A DNA stretch of 64,000 bases from Clostridia bacterium (GTDB lineage Bacteria > Bacillota > Clostridia > UBA1381). The notes below the pieces were generated by a model that was not told the origin of the DNA, did no database searches, and worked only from the letters and a program-made list of their open reading frames with translations. The translations under genes were made by a program, and so were the position numbers. The DNA lies in NCBI GenBank assembly GCA_045649415.1, contig JAZRPY010000006.1, positions 14,466-78,465 of the forward strand, written 5' to 3'. This document shows positions 35,695-44,453 of this stretch, piece by piece. The first letter of the stretch is position 1. Each line of letters opens with the position of its first letter.

Positions 35695-36171
35695 CTATAG
35701 CCACAGGCCAGAGTCACAGATATCGGTAGAAATTTTTCCATCTTCTATCTCAATAATTGCAAAGGTACGCCCAAATTTTATGCTTCCGGGATTAAGGAGA
35801 ATGAGACTTCCCATATTATCGTTTATGGGAATATGTGTGTGCCCGAAAACTACAATGTCCGCACCCTCTAAAAGTGCTTTTTCCTTAATGGTAGCATAAT
35901 AAAAATCCTCTTTAACAGAATAGCAATGCCCATGAGTGAGGAATATTTTTTTGCCTTCTGCTTCAAATATGAGTTCGTTTGGTGCATCAGGTGCATCACA
36001 ATTGCCTTTAACAAAGCGAATGTCTAAGTTGGGGAAAAGCTTTGAAAGTCGTATAGCATCAGAGGCGTGGTCACCTGCATGAAGCACCATATCCACCCCT
36101 GTTATTTTATTAAGGATTGAACAACAGGAAGTAATATTGGTATGTGAATCGGAAAATGCAATAATTCGCAT
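35695..36171 (-). CDS. YfcE/MJ0936-family metallophosphoesterase
   Basis: Motifs SDSH, GDH, GNCD, THGH and GHTH in the canonical order. Confidence 0.8.
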   Translation of the reverse strand: MRIIAFSDSHTNITSCCSILNKITGVDMVLHAGDHASDAIRLSKLFPNLDIRFVKGNCDAPDAPNELIFEAEGKKIFLTHGHCYSVKEDFYYATIKEKALLEGADIVVFGHTHIPINDNMGSLILLNPGSIKFGRTFAIIEIEDGKISTDICDSGLWL

Positions 36172-36314
36172 GACAAAAACTCCTTTAAAAGTATATATAA
36201 CAACAAAAGTATATCATAATTCGGATGCCATCACCACAAAAAATGAGGAATTGTAATAAAAATGTCAATAAAAAGGGGAACAGGTCGATAACCTTTCAAA
36301 TTGTGACAAGTGAA

Positions 36315-36348
36315 TACGACAAATTATTCATAGCAGCGATGGTATAAT
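36315..36348 (+). promoter_or_regulatory. Candidate spoIIE promoter: Spo0A-box-like TACGACA plus a TATAAT -10
   Basis: TACGACA has one mismatch to the 0A box TTCGACA and lies 21 nt upstream of TATAAT (36343-36348). The long spacer resembles what is known for B. subtilis spoIIE. Motif-level evidence only. Confidence 0.3.
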
Positions 36349-36393
36349 AAACACACGCGAAAAGAACTTGTCCACAAAGGAGGATTTTATTAA

Positions 36394-38664
36394 ATGAAGG
36401 CATTAAGTGTTATTAAGAAAAAGCAGATAAGTCTGCCTCTTGTTGAGGAGGCAGTAAAGATGGTGTTGTTGTTTTTGGTGAGTAGAGCAACAATTTTAGG
36501 AGTCCATCCTTTTGGGATCGGACTCTGGGCAGCAGTTATGTCAAGGAGGAGTACATATTATGGAATTATCCCCATATTATTGGGAGTGCTATCGGCAAGG
36601 GGCGAGGTTTTAAAGTATATGCTTGCCATAGGACTATATCTTATATACACTCAATTTCGTAAGAATAAGGCAGGGGATATGTTCTTTTGTGGAATATCCG
36701 TGGCAGTGAGTGGAGTGATTACCATTCTTTTTAACAGTCAGTCTGTTATATATATGCTTGTGCCGATCCTTGAGGGGTTGTTGACCTGCTTTGGCTATGT
36801 TGTTGTCACTCGGTCCGAAAGATTTTATAAGTCCTACAGGGGTTTTTTAAGAGCAAGTCAGGAGGAAATTATCTCGGTAGTGCTTTTATGCGGAATTTTA
36901 TTGACAGGCTTTTCAGGGCTATACATAACAAACAAGCTTCAGGTTGGAATGGCGCTTGGCTTATATCTGATACTTTGTATTTCCAGATGCACAACTGTGG
37001 CTGTGGCAGGAAGCGTTGGATTGTGTCTTGGATTTGTATGCAGTTTAAATTCACCATACGCAATAGTTGTGATGGGAATTTCAGGAATAGGTGGAATTCT
37101 TGCCAACATACTAAAGGATTTTGGGAAATTAGGTTGTGTTGCAGGGTTTATGTTGGGTGGTGGTCTGTGCTTTTTATATGTGGGTGATGCCGGTAGTATG
37201 CCAATAAGCATATATGAGGAAATAGTGGCATCAATTCTTTTTTTAGCCACTCCTAAAACTGTATTTTTAAAGTTTGAGTCGGTGATGGCAAAAACAATGA
37301 AGGCTCCCGACAGAGGCAAGGAGGGAAGAATAAAGGAATACATAGCCTCGGAATTAAAGATTCTTGCCAAAGCCTTTTCCTCGCTTTCTGAAGGTTGCAT
37401 ATCCCTTTCCAAAAAGGAGGAAAACATTGCTCAGGCAACGGATATGTTTGATATGGTAGCAGAAAGAGTGTGCAAGAAATGTTCTGATTGGGGAATGTGC
37501 TGGATTGACGGTTTTAATGATATGTATAGAAATATGTTTGACATTTTAAATGTGATAGAAACCGAGGGAAACTGTGATATGAGAAATCTGCCACCTTTAT
37601 TCAAGGGGAGATGCAGAAATTCGGAGAAATTTTTGTCAGAATTCAATCACCTATATGAGATATATAAGCAAAATGCCATATGGCAGGGTGAGGCAAATGA
37701 AGGACAGAATATGATGGCAAAGCAATACCACGAAATTTCCAATCTCATAAAGGATATGTCGGAGGAATTGGAAACAGGTCTGTCTTTTATGGAGTCAGCA
37801 GAAGCAAAAATAGACAACGCCCTTGAAAAAGCAGGGCTATATGCAAAAGAGGTAAATGTTATTGAAAATTCCCGACACGAGCCTGAGGTTTATATTTCAT
37901 CAGGCTTTGCCGCCGAGCCTGAATTTTTGGAGGAGGTTGTGTCGGAGGCGTTGGGAATGTCTATGAAAATCGAGGAGCATTCCTCCTCAACTAAGCTTGT
38001 GGCACACAACAGATTTTCAGTTGAATATGCAGTTTGTCAGCATTCGGGAGCAGGGGAACAGATGTGTGGAGATACTGTGATGCAATTTGATACTGAGGAC
38101 AACAAATTCTGTGTTTTATTATGCGATGGAATGGGCGAGGGAGATGAGGCAAGCAAGGAAAGTAGGCTCACTGCCAGTCTTTTTCAGGACTTTTTAAGAG
38201 CAGGCTTTATAAAGGATACTGCAGTTAAAATTGTGAATTCAACTCTGGCAATGAAGGCAGGGAGAGAAAACTTTTCCACAGTAGATTTGACGGAAATTGA
38301 TTTGAGAACGGGAAATGCAGAGTTCTTAAAGGTGGGTGCTGCCGAGAGCTTTGTGAAAAGAGGGGATAATGTGGAAATAATTTCGGCGTTGTCAATGCCC
38401 GTGGGGATTTTGGAGGATGTGAATGCCCCTGTGATAAAGAAGGGACTTTGTGAAGGTGATGTGATTGTTATGATTTCCGACGGAATAAGTGACACAGATT
38501 TAGGAGAAATGAAGGGGAATGGAATAGCAAGAGTTATGAGAGAATATAACGAAAATATGCAGGAGCTTGCCGATGCAGTTTTAAAGGGTGCAAGGGAAAA
38601 GGCATATCCAAAGCCCTGTGACGATATGACAGTGGTTGCATTAAAATTAAAAAAAGCAGTATAA
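36394..38664 (+). CDS. spoIIE: Stage II sporulation protein E (membrane PP2C phosphatase)
   Basis: About 10 N-terminal TM helices, a central domain and a C-terminal PP2C (GDTVMQF...VLLCDGMGEGDEA...MISDGI). Confidence 0.9.
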   Translation: MKALSVIKKKQISLPLVEEAVKMVLLFLVSRATILGVHPFGIGLWAAVMSRRSTYYGIIPILLGVLSARGEVLKYMLAIGLYLIYTQFRKNKAGDMFFCGISVAVSGVITILFNSQSVIYMLVPILEGLLTCFGYVVVTRSERFYKSYRGFLRASQEEIISVVLLCGILLTGFSGLYITNKLQVGMALGLYLILCISRCTTVAVAGSVGLCLGFVCSLNSPYAIVVMGISGIGGILANILKDFGKLGCVAGFMLGGGLCFLYVGDAGSMPISIYEEIVASILFLATPKTVFLKFESVMAKTMKAPDRGKEGRIKEYIASELKILAKAFSSLSEGCISLSKKEENIAQATDMFDMVAERVCKKCSDWGMCWIDGFNDMYRNMFDILNVIETEGNCDMRNLPPLFKGRCRNSEKFLSEFNHLYEIYKQNAIWQGEANEGQNMMAKQYHEISNLIKDMSEELETGLSFMESAEAKIDNALEKAGLYAKEVNVIENSRHEPEVYISSGFAAEPEFLEEVVSEALGMSMKIEEHSSSTKLVAHNRFSVEYAVCQHSGAGEQMCGDTVMQFDTEDNKFCVLLCDGMGEGDEASKESRLTASLFQDFLRAGFIKDTAVKIVNSTLAMKAGRENFSTVDLTEIDLRTGNAEFLKVGAAESFVKRGDNVEIISALSMPVGILEDVNAPVIKKGLCEGDVIVMISDGISDTDLGEMKGNGIARVMREYNENMQELADAVLKGAREKAYPKPCDDMTVVALKLKKAV

Positions 38665-38702
38665 AAAATGGATGACCTCAATTTTTGAGGTCATCCATTT
38701 TA
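38665..38702. terminator. Bidirectional terminator
   Basis: Stem aaaatggatgacctca/tgaggtcatccatttt (16 bp). Confidence 0.8.
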
Positions 38703-38707
38703 ATGTC

Positions 38708-39454
38708 TTATTCATTTATGTCCTTAATAATTGCGCCCGATATTTTCTCCACTGTCCTTATTGGTGAATCCTTGGCAGTGCCCCATTCCATATCTTTGTT
38801 GCGATAGTCGAATTTTAAGGTGAATTTGTGTATATCCTCCTGAATTCTTTTAAGCTGAGAGATTTCTTTTTTCAAAAGCCCTGATATAAATGCTTTTGCA
38901 TCCTCGCCCTTTAATTCCTTGTTGGCGGAGAACAGAAGCTCCTTCAAGTGTGGCAGACACACTCCTTTTGAGTTATCAAATTTCTCCTTAAAGTTAGGCT
39001 CTTTTTTCCATAAATAAAATAAAATCTCAATATATCTTGACATTGTGTGGTTGATTTTGTCACAAATTAGGCAGGAGTCCTCCGTATCTTTGAGAAAACT
39101 CAAAAGCTCATCTAAGTTTCTATCCTGAGAATCCTTTTTAAAGAGTTTGCGACTATTTTTTTTGTCGGCCACCTTTTTTGCCACCTTATCAAGCTGTGAA
39201 CGAAGCTCTTCTAAATGGGTATCCAGAACCAATGCAAGAGGCAACTTATTGGGCATGGACATAAGCATGGAGTAGTGCTTGTTGCAAAAGCCTTTTTCGT
39301 TTGATTCAATTCTAAAATCAGGCTCCATCATAGCAGCACCGAGAGTGTATTCCACAGCCTCGTTTTCAAGCTTTGTTTTTAAATAGCATAATGGACACTC
39401 ACAATCGGCTTCATATACCTCATTCAATGGAATAGTGTATATAGTTTCCTTCAT
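38708..39454 (-). CDS. Hypothetical protein built from two CxxC-x33/34-CxxH modules (putative double zinc-binding protein)
   Basis: Module 1 is CPLC...EPDF...KGFCNKH. Module 2 is CLIC...EPNF...KGVCLPH. ATG 39454 follows AGGTGA. I could not place the family with confidence (possibly a DUF). Confidence 0.6.
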   Translation of the reverse strand: MKETIYTIPLNEVYEADCECPLCYLKTKLENEAVEYTLGAAMMEPDFRIESNEKGFCNKHYSMLMSMPNKLPLALVLDTHLEELRSQLDKVAKKVADKKNSRKLFKKDSQDRNLDELLSFLKDTEDSCLICDKINHTMSRYIEILFYLWKKEPNFKEKFDNSKGVCLPHLKELLFSANKELKGEDAKAFISGLLKKEISQLKRIQEDIHKFTLKFDYRNKDMEWGTAKDSPIRTVEKISGAIIKDINE

Positions 39455-39692
39455 ATTTATCACCTTTAATATATATTCTAAAAGGAATATTTTTTTTTGT
39501 TTTGTGCATTATTATTATATATCAAACAAAAAAACCTGTCAATTACTAACTAATGAATAAATTTGTGAATTTTTAGTTAAAACACTTTTAATTTGGAAAA
39601 ATATATGATATACTTTATTATGGAGTGGAATAGTATTCAAACATTGTTAAACATTTCACATTATAAGAAATTAAAGAATTGGAGGAATAAAA

Positions 39693-41462
39693 ATGACAAA
39701 CAATAAGGCAGTAAATAAATGGTTAAACGAAATGGTTGAGCTATGTAAGCCTGAGGAAATTGTATGGATTGATGGTAGCGAGGCTCAACTTGAGGAATTG
39801 AGAGCTGAAAGTGTTAGAACAGGTGAATTGATAATGTTAAATCAGGAAAAGCTTCCTGGTTGCTATTATCACAGAACTGCTCCCAATGATGTTGCTCGTG
39901 TTGAGGATAGAACCTTTATCTGTACTCCAACAAAGGAGGAGGCAGGCCCAATAAACAACTGGATGGAGCCTTCCGAAATGTATGCAAAGCTAAGTGCTTT
40001 GTATGATGGCTCAATGAAGAGCAGAACAATGTATGTTATCCCATATTCAATGGGTCCTGTTGGCTCACCATTCTCAAAGATTGGTATTGAGTTGACCGAC
40101 AGTATCTATGTTGTTCTTAATATGGCTATTATGACAAGAGTGGGCAAGAAGGTTATCGACCAGCTTGGTGACAGCGATGATTTCGTTAAGTGTTTGCACG
40201 CAAAGAAGGATGTAAATCCTGACGAAAGATATATTGTTCACTTCCCTCAGGATGCAACTATCTGGTCAATCAACTCTGCTTACGGCGGAAATGTTTTGTT
40301 GGGCAAGAAGTGCTTCGCATTGAGAATTGCTTCATATCTTGGTAAGCAAGAGGGTTGGATGGCAGAGCATATGTTGATCTTAGGTCTTGAAAATCCAAAG
40401 GGTGAGGTTAAGTATATCTGTGCTGCATTCCCATCAGCTTGTGGAAAGACTAACCTTGCAATGCTTATCCCACCTGAATATTTAAAGGATAAGGGATATA
40501 AGGTATGGACCGTTGGTGACGATATTGCATGGATTAGAAAAGGTCCTGACGGAAGACTATATGCAATCAACCCTGAATCAGGCTTCTTTGGTGTTGCACC
40601 AGGCACAAGTGAGAAAACTAACTTTAATGCCCTTGCAGCAACTAAGAAGGACACAATCTTCACAAATGTTGCTATCAATAATGACGATAACACTGTATGG
40701 TGGGAAGGACTTGACAAGAATCCTCCTGAGAATTGTACAGAGTGGAAGGGTAGCCAGGTTAATGGTAAGACCTTTGAAGAAAAGCTTGCTCATCCTAACT
40801 CAAGATTCACAGCTCCTGCTAAGAATTGTCCTTGTATTTCCAAGGAGTTTGAAAATCCACAGGGTGTGCCCATCAGCGCAATCGTATTTGGTGGAAGAAG
40901 AGCAAAAACTGCTCCATTGGTATATCAGGCAAGAGATTGGGAGCATGGCGTGTTTGTTGGTGCAACTATGGCATCTGAAACAACTGCAGCAGCTGCAGGC
41001 GCAGTTGGTGTTGTAAGGCGTGACCCAATGGCTATGAAGCCATTTGTTGGCTACAATATGGCTGATTACTTTGAGCACTGGTTAGAAATCGGTAAAACAT
41101 TAGATCCTGAAAAAGCACCAAAGATTTTCCATGTTAACTGGTTCAGACAGGACGACGAGGGTAACTTTATGTGGCCTGGTTTTGGCGACAATATGAGAGT
41201 ATTGTTGTGGATATTGGATCGTTGCGAAGGCAAGGCAGATGCAGTTGAAAGTCCAATCGGATACCTACCAACACCTGAGGATATCGATATCACAAATCTT
41301 AATATGGATATGGATGTTTTAAAGGAGCTTCTCACAGTTGATAAGAATGTATGGCTTGAGGATGTTGAGGATGCAAAGAAATACTTTGCACAGTTTGGTG
41401 ACAGACTACCAAAGGAAATCAGCAAGCAATTGTCAATTTTAGAGGAAAACTTGAATAAGTAA
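39693..41462 (+). CDS. pck: Phosphoenolpyruvate carboxykinase (GTP)
   Basis: GTP-PEPCK motifs FPSACGKTNLAML, GDDIAWI and NWF. Confidence 0.9.
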   Translation: MTNNKAVNKWLNEMVELCKPEEIVWIDGSEAQLEELRAESVRTGELIMLNQEKLPGCYYHRTAPNDVARVEDRTFICTPTKEEAGPINNWMEPSEMYAKLSALYDGSMKSRTMYVIPYSMGPVGSPFSKIGIELTDSIYVVLNMAIMTRVGKKVIDQLGDSDDFVKCLHAKKDVNPDERYIVHFPQDATIWSINSAYGGNVLLGKKCFALRIASYLGKQEGWMAEHMLILGLENPKGEVKYICAAFPSACGKTNLAMLIPPEYLKDKGYKVWTVGDDIAWIRKGPDGRLYAINPESGFFGVAPGTSEKTNFNALAATKKDTIFTNVAINNDDNTVWWEGLDKNPPENCTEWKGSQVNGKTFEEKLAHPNSRFTAPAKNCPCISKEFENPQGVPISAIVFGGRRAKTAPLVYQARDWEHGVFVGATMASETTAAAAGAVGVVRRDPMAMKPFVGYNMADYFEHWLEIGKTLDPEKAPKIFHVNWFRQDDEGNFMWPGFGDNMRVLLWILDRCEGKADAVESPIGYLPTPEDIDITNLNMDMDVLKELLTVDKNVWLEDVEDAKKYFAQFGDRLPKEISKQLSILEENLNK

Positions 41463-41471
41463 CTAAAAAGC

Positions 41472-41505
41472 GAGAGTCTGTGGTTTTCACAGACTCTCAT
41501 TTTAT
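41472..41505 (+). terminator. Rho-independent terminator after pck
   Basis: Stem gagagtctgtg/cacagactctc followed by attttatt. Confidence 0.7.
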
Positions 41506-41528
41506 TGGAGTATAAGGGGAGTTTTAAA

Positions 41529-42554
41529 ATGTATCAATTAAGAGAATTTTTAAATAGATATGATACAATTATATTTGATATGGACGGGGTTATCACAAAG
41601 GAAGAACAGTATTGGGATGTGGCAGCCCTGACAGTGATGGAATTTATCAACTCAGACAGGTACTGTGGTAAGGAAAAAATAAATGTGTCGGAAATGGAAG
41701 ACAGTGTAAAGGAAATAAGAAACAAAGTGTTCCATAATGATGACATAATACATATTCTTAAAAACAAGGGAATGAATAATAATTGGGATTTGGCATATGT
41801 AGTATTTACCTATTTGATTTTCAGTGATTGTGATTTTGAGAAGTTGTATGAGAGTATAACCGAACTTCCTGATGATATTATAAAGGTTTATGATAATGTT
41901 GAAAAAAAGCTTTCCGAAAGATTTAAAAACGAGGACTGCAGGCGAAATGGTAAGCTTTGGATGACGATGAAAAACATTTTTCAGGAGTGGTTCTTAGGTG
42001 ACGAGCTATTTAGAAAAACCTATGGTAATGAGCCTGTAACTTGTGGGAAAAAAGGACTTTGCTATAATGAAGAGCCTATAATTGATGGGGTGAAGCTAAA
42101 GGAAATATTCAGGCTTTTGAAAAATGACAATAAACGACTCTGTATTGCAACAGGCAGACCAAAAGCCGAGGCGTTGCCTGCTTTAGAAAAATTTGGAATA
42201 TTGGAGTATATTGACACAGACTCCCTCATATGCTATGATTTTGTTGAGAATGCAGAAAAAATTTCTTGCAAAACACTCACCAAGCCACATCCGTATATGT
42301 TTCTAAAGGCATATTTTAAAAAGGATTATTCTGATGAAATGCTTGCGTTTGGGAAATATCCAAGGGAGGAAATTAAAAATGTGCTTGCAGTTGGTGATGC
42401 AGGAGCAGATATATTTGCATCCCATGGCGCAGGAATGGATTTTTGCGCAGTGTTAACAGGAATATCGAAAGAGAAGGCGAGAGGATTTTTTGAGAAGGAA
42501 GGCTCAGAGTATATCCTGAATAGTCTTGAGGATTTTTTAAAGGACGGAAATTGA
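41529..42554 (+). CDS. HAD-superfamily hydrolase with a large cap insertion
   Basis: Motif I IIFDMDGVIT, motif III-like ATGRPK, motif IV VGDAGADI. ATG 41529 follows AAGGGGAG. Confidence 0.65.
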   Translation: MYQLREFLNRYDTIIFDMDGVITKEEQYWDVAALTVMEFINSDRYCGKEKINVSEMEDSVKEIRNKVFHNDDIIHILKNKGMNNNWDLAYVVFTYLIFSDCDFEKLYESITELPDDIIKVYDNVEKKLSERFKNEDCRRNGKLWMTMKNIFQEWFLGDELFRKTYGNEPVTCGKKGLCYNEEPIIDGVKLKEIFRLLKNDNKRLCIATGRPKAEALPALEKFGILEYIDTDSLICYDFVENAEKISCKTLTKPHPYMFLKAYFKKDYSDEMLAFGKYPREEIKNVLAVGDAGADIFASHGAGMDFCAVLTGISKEKARGFFEKEGSEYILNSLEDFLKDGN

Positions 42555-42555
42555 T

Positions 42556-43098
42556 ATGGAAATTAGATTAACCCTTCCCCTTAAAAAAGAGGAAAGAGAA
42601 AAGCTTAGGGCAGGGGATAGAGTGCTGCTATCAGGTGTGCTTTACACTGCAAGAGATGCTGCCCATGAAAGAATGTATAACAACTTTGAAAAAGGTCTGC
42701 CCATAGACATAAAGGATCAGGTTATTTATTATGCAGGACCTTGCCCTGCAAAGCCTGGAGAGGTGATAGGCTCCTGTGGACCAACCACCTCAGGAAGAAT
42801 GGATGCCTACACTCCACTATTATTAGATGCAGGTCTTGGCGGAATGATTGGTAAGGGGGCAAGGAAAGAAGAGGTTATAGACGCTATAAAGAGGAATAAA
42901 TGTGTGTATTTTGCTGCTATTGGTGGTGCAGGTGCATTGATTGCACAATGTATCAAAAAAGCAGAGGTTGTGGCTTATGACGACTTAGGCACAGAAGCAA
43001 TAAGACGACTTGAGGTCGAGGATTTTCCTGTGACTGTTCTTGTGGATGCAGTGGGAAATGATTTATATGAGATAGGACAGAGGGAATATAGGAAATAG
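42556..43098 (+). CDS. Fe-S hydro-lyase beta subunit (class I fumarate hydratase / L(+)-tartrate dehydratase beta-type)
   Basis: GVLYTARDAAHERM, YYAGPCPAKPGEVIGSCGPTTSGRMD and VYFAAIGGAGAL are typical of the FumA C-terminal/TtdB domain. Confidence 0.75.
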   Translation: MEIRLTLPLKKEEREKLRAGDRVLLSGVLYTARDAAHERMYNNFEKGLPIDIKDQVIYYAGPCPAKPGEVIGSCGPTTSGRMDAYTPLLLDAGLGGMIGKGARKEEVIDAIKRNKCVYFAAIGGAGALIAQCIKKAEVVAYDDLGTEAIRRLEVEDFPVTVLVDAVGNDLYEIGQREYRK

Positions 43099-43418
43099 CT
43101 TGAAAAAATGGAAAGACAGATAAAAACCGAGTAGGGAAAATATGTGGTAAAAAACGATAATATAGAGTGGTTGAATAGTCTTATTTGTCAAGGGGAAAGG
43201 CACTGCCATTCTGCGAACGGGGATGTCCTATAAATATTTCAATGGGACATCTTTTACATTCCAGATAAGCATATCCTTTGGAGAAGCAGTAATTGCCTAG
43301 CTTCTGTTTTCATAGTCTTCATCTTCCGGTTGTTAAACTTTTGATTATAATATATCATATAGAAGGTGTGGAGTCGGCTCAACATAGAAATGGTAAAAAT
43401 TTTAAAATATAGAGATAT

Positions 43419-43450
43419 AAAAAAAGCTTGTTTTGATACAAGCTTTTTTT
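43419..43450. terminator. Bidirectional terminator overlapping the XRE gene stop
   Basis: Stem agcttgt/acaagct with A7 and T7 flanks. Confidence 0.6.
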
Positions 43451-43742
43451 AAAGATTAGATAGTTCAAATTGTTCGATTATGGAATTAACTATTGAAACC
43501 TGCTCAGGAGTTAATTTTGAGATGTCAATAGTTTGGTTTCGATTCACACCAAGAAGATATTCCATAGATACATTAAACTGGTAAGATAGCTTAACTAGTA
43601 CATTTAAGCTTGGTAGTCTTTCCTGATTTTCATAGGCGCTTATTATAGACTTGTTAACACCTATCCGACCTGCAAGCTCTGTTTGGCTAATCCCTCTTTC
43701 GACTCTTAATCTTTTCAAGTTATCTGAAAATTCAGCTTTCAT
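43449..43742 (-). CDS. XRE-family helix-turn-helix transcriptional regulator
   Basis: LKRLRVERGISQTELAGRIGVNKSIISAYENQERLPSLNVLVKLSYQFNVSMEYLLG. ATG 43742 is 9 nt after AAGGAG. Confidence 0.85.
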   Translation of the reverse strand: MKAEFSDNLKRLRVERGISQTELAGRIGVNKSIISAYENQERLPSLNVLVKLSYQFNVSMEYLLGVNRNQTIDISKLTPEQVSIVNSIIEQFELSNL

Positions 43743-43800
43743 TTTAATCAACTCCTTTTTTTATATTATAGTATTTTAATCTACAATAGGTAAATTTTCG

Positions 43801-43829
43801 TTGACAAATAGTGGAATGACTGATATAAT
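43801..43829 (+). promoter_or_regulatory. Exact-consensus sigma-A promoter of the membrane-protein gene
   Basis: TTGACA - 17 nt - TATAAT, located in the divergent intergenic region with the XRE gene. Confidence 0.6.
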
Positions 43830-43834
43830 CATTA

Positions 43835-44407
43835 GTGTTAAGAGGAGTGGTATATGTGTGTATTATAGGAATAGTAATATTTATTATGAGTATATTTATA
43901 ATGAATAATGCTGACAACAAAAATATTTATATAGCAGGAATCATATTGATGCTTGTGGGGATAATTTTTGTAATTCTTGGATTAACTAATATAGATAGAA
44001 TGAGGATGAAGCAAATAAGAAACAAGGCCATAATAAAAAAGATAATAAAAAAAAGATATGGCAAGCTTAATCCGTCAATAACACTCTCTGATAATTTTTT
44101 AATTGATGCTGACAATAAATTTTTTATAGATAATAAAAGGTTGATATCCTTTGATAACATTAGGCGTATCACAATTATGGAAGAGGAAAAGCCAGATAAA
44201 GATGATTTAAAAAAATGGAAAAAGGAAAAATATTTTAATGTTGATAACCTCTGCACAGTTAAGACGGGGAGGACGATAGTATATATAGAATATATGAGTA
44301 AGAACGATAAAAAAGTGACCAGAGTTTTTAAATACAATGAAAATGATATAATTATAGAAAAAATTAAAAATTTAAAAGGAATTATTGGAGAAAAAATTTA
44401 TATGTAA
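43835..44407 (+). CDS. Hypothetical membrane protein (two N-terminal TM helices plus a Lys/Asn/Ile-rich soluble domain)
   Basis: An ORF with two hydrophobic helices (CIIGIVIFIMSIFIM, IAGIILMLVGIIFVILGL). The likely real start is GTG 43856, 8 nt after AGAGGAG. No family was recognised. Confidence 0.55.
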   Translation: MLRGVVYVCIIGIVIFIMSIFIMNNADNKNIYIAGIILMLVGIIFVILGLTNIDRMRMKQIRNKAIIKKIIKKRYGKLNPSITLSDNFLIDADNKFFIDNKRLISFDNIRRITIMEEEKPDKDDLKKWKKEKYFNVDNLCTVKTGRTIVYIEYMSKNDKKVTRVFKYNENDIIIEKIKNLKGIIGEKIYM

Positions 44408-44441
44408 AAAAAGAGCTTGCAAAATTTTGCAAGCTCTTTTA
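44406..44441. terminator. Bidirectional terminator (membrane-protein gene / tuf)
   Basis: Palindrome agagcttgcaaaa/ttttgcaagctct. Confidence 0.75.
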
Positions 44442-44453
44442 GTATGCTATAAA

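Noticed and set aside
43099-43448. Short ORFs in the non-coding stretch before the XRE gene, for example a 22-codon minus-strand MKTMKTEARQLLLLQRICLSGM.
   Set aside because: None has an RBS or recognisable similarity, and all are too short to support. The region is treated as non-coding or decayed DNA within the islet finding.
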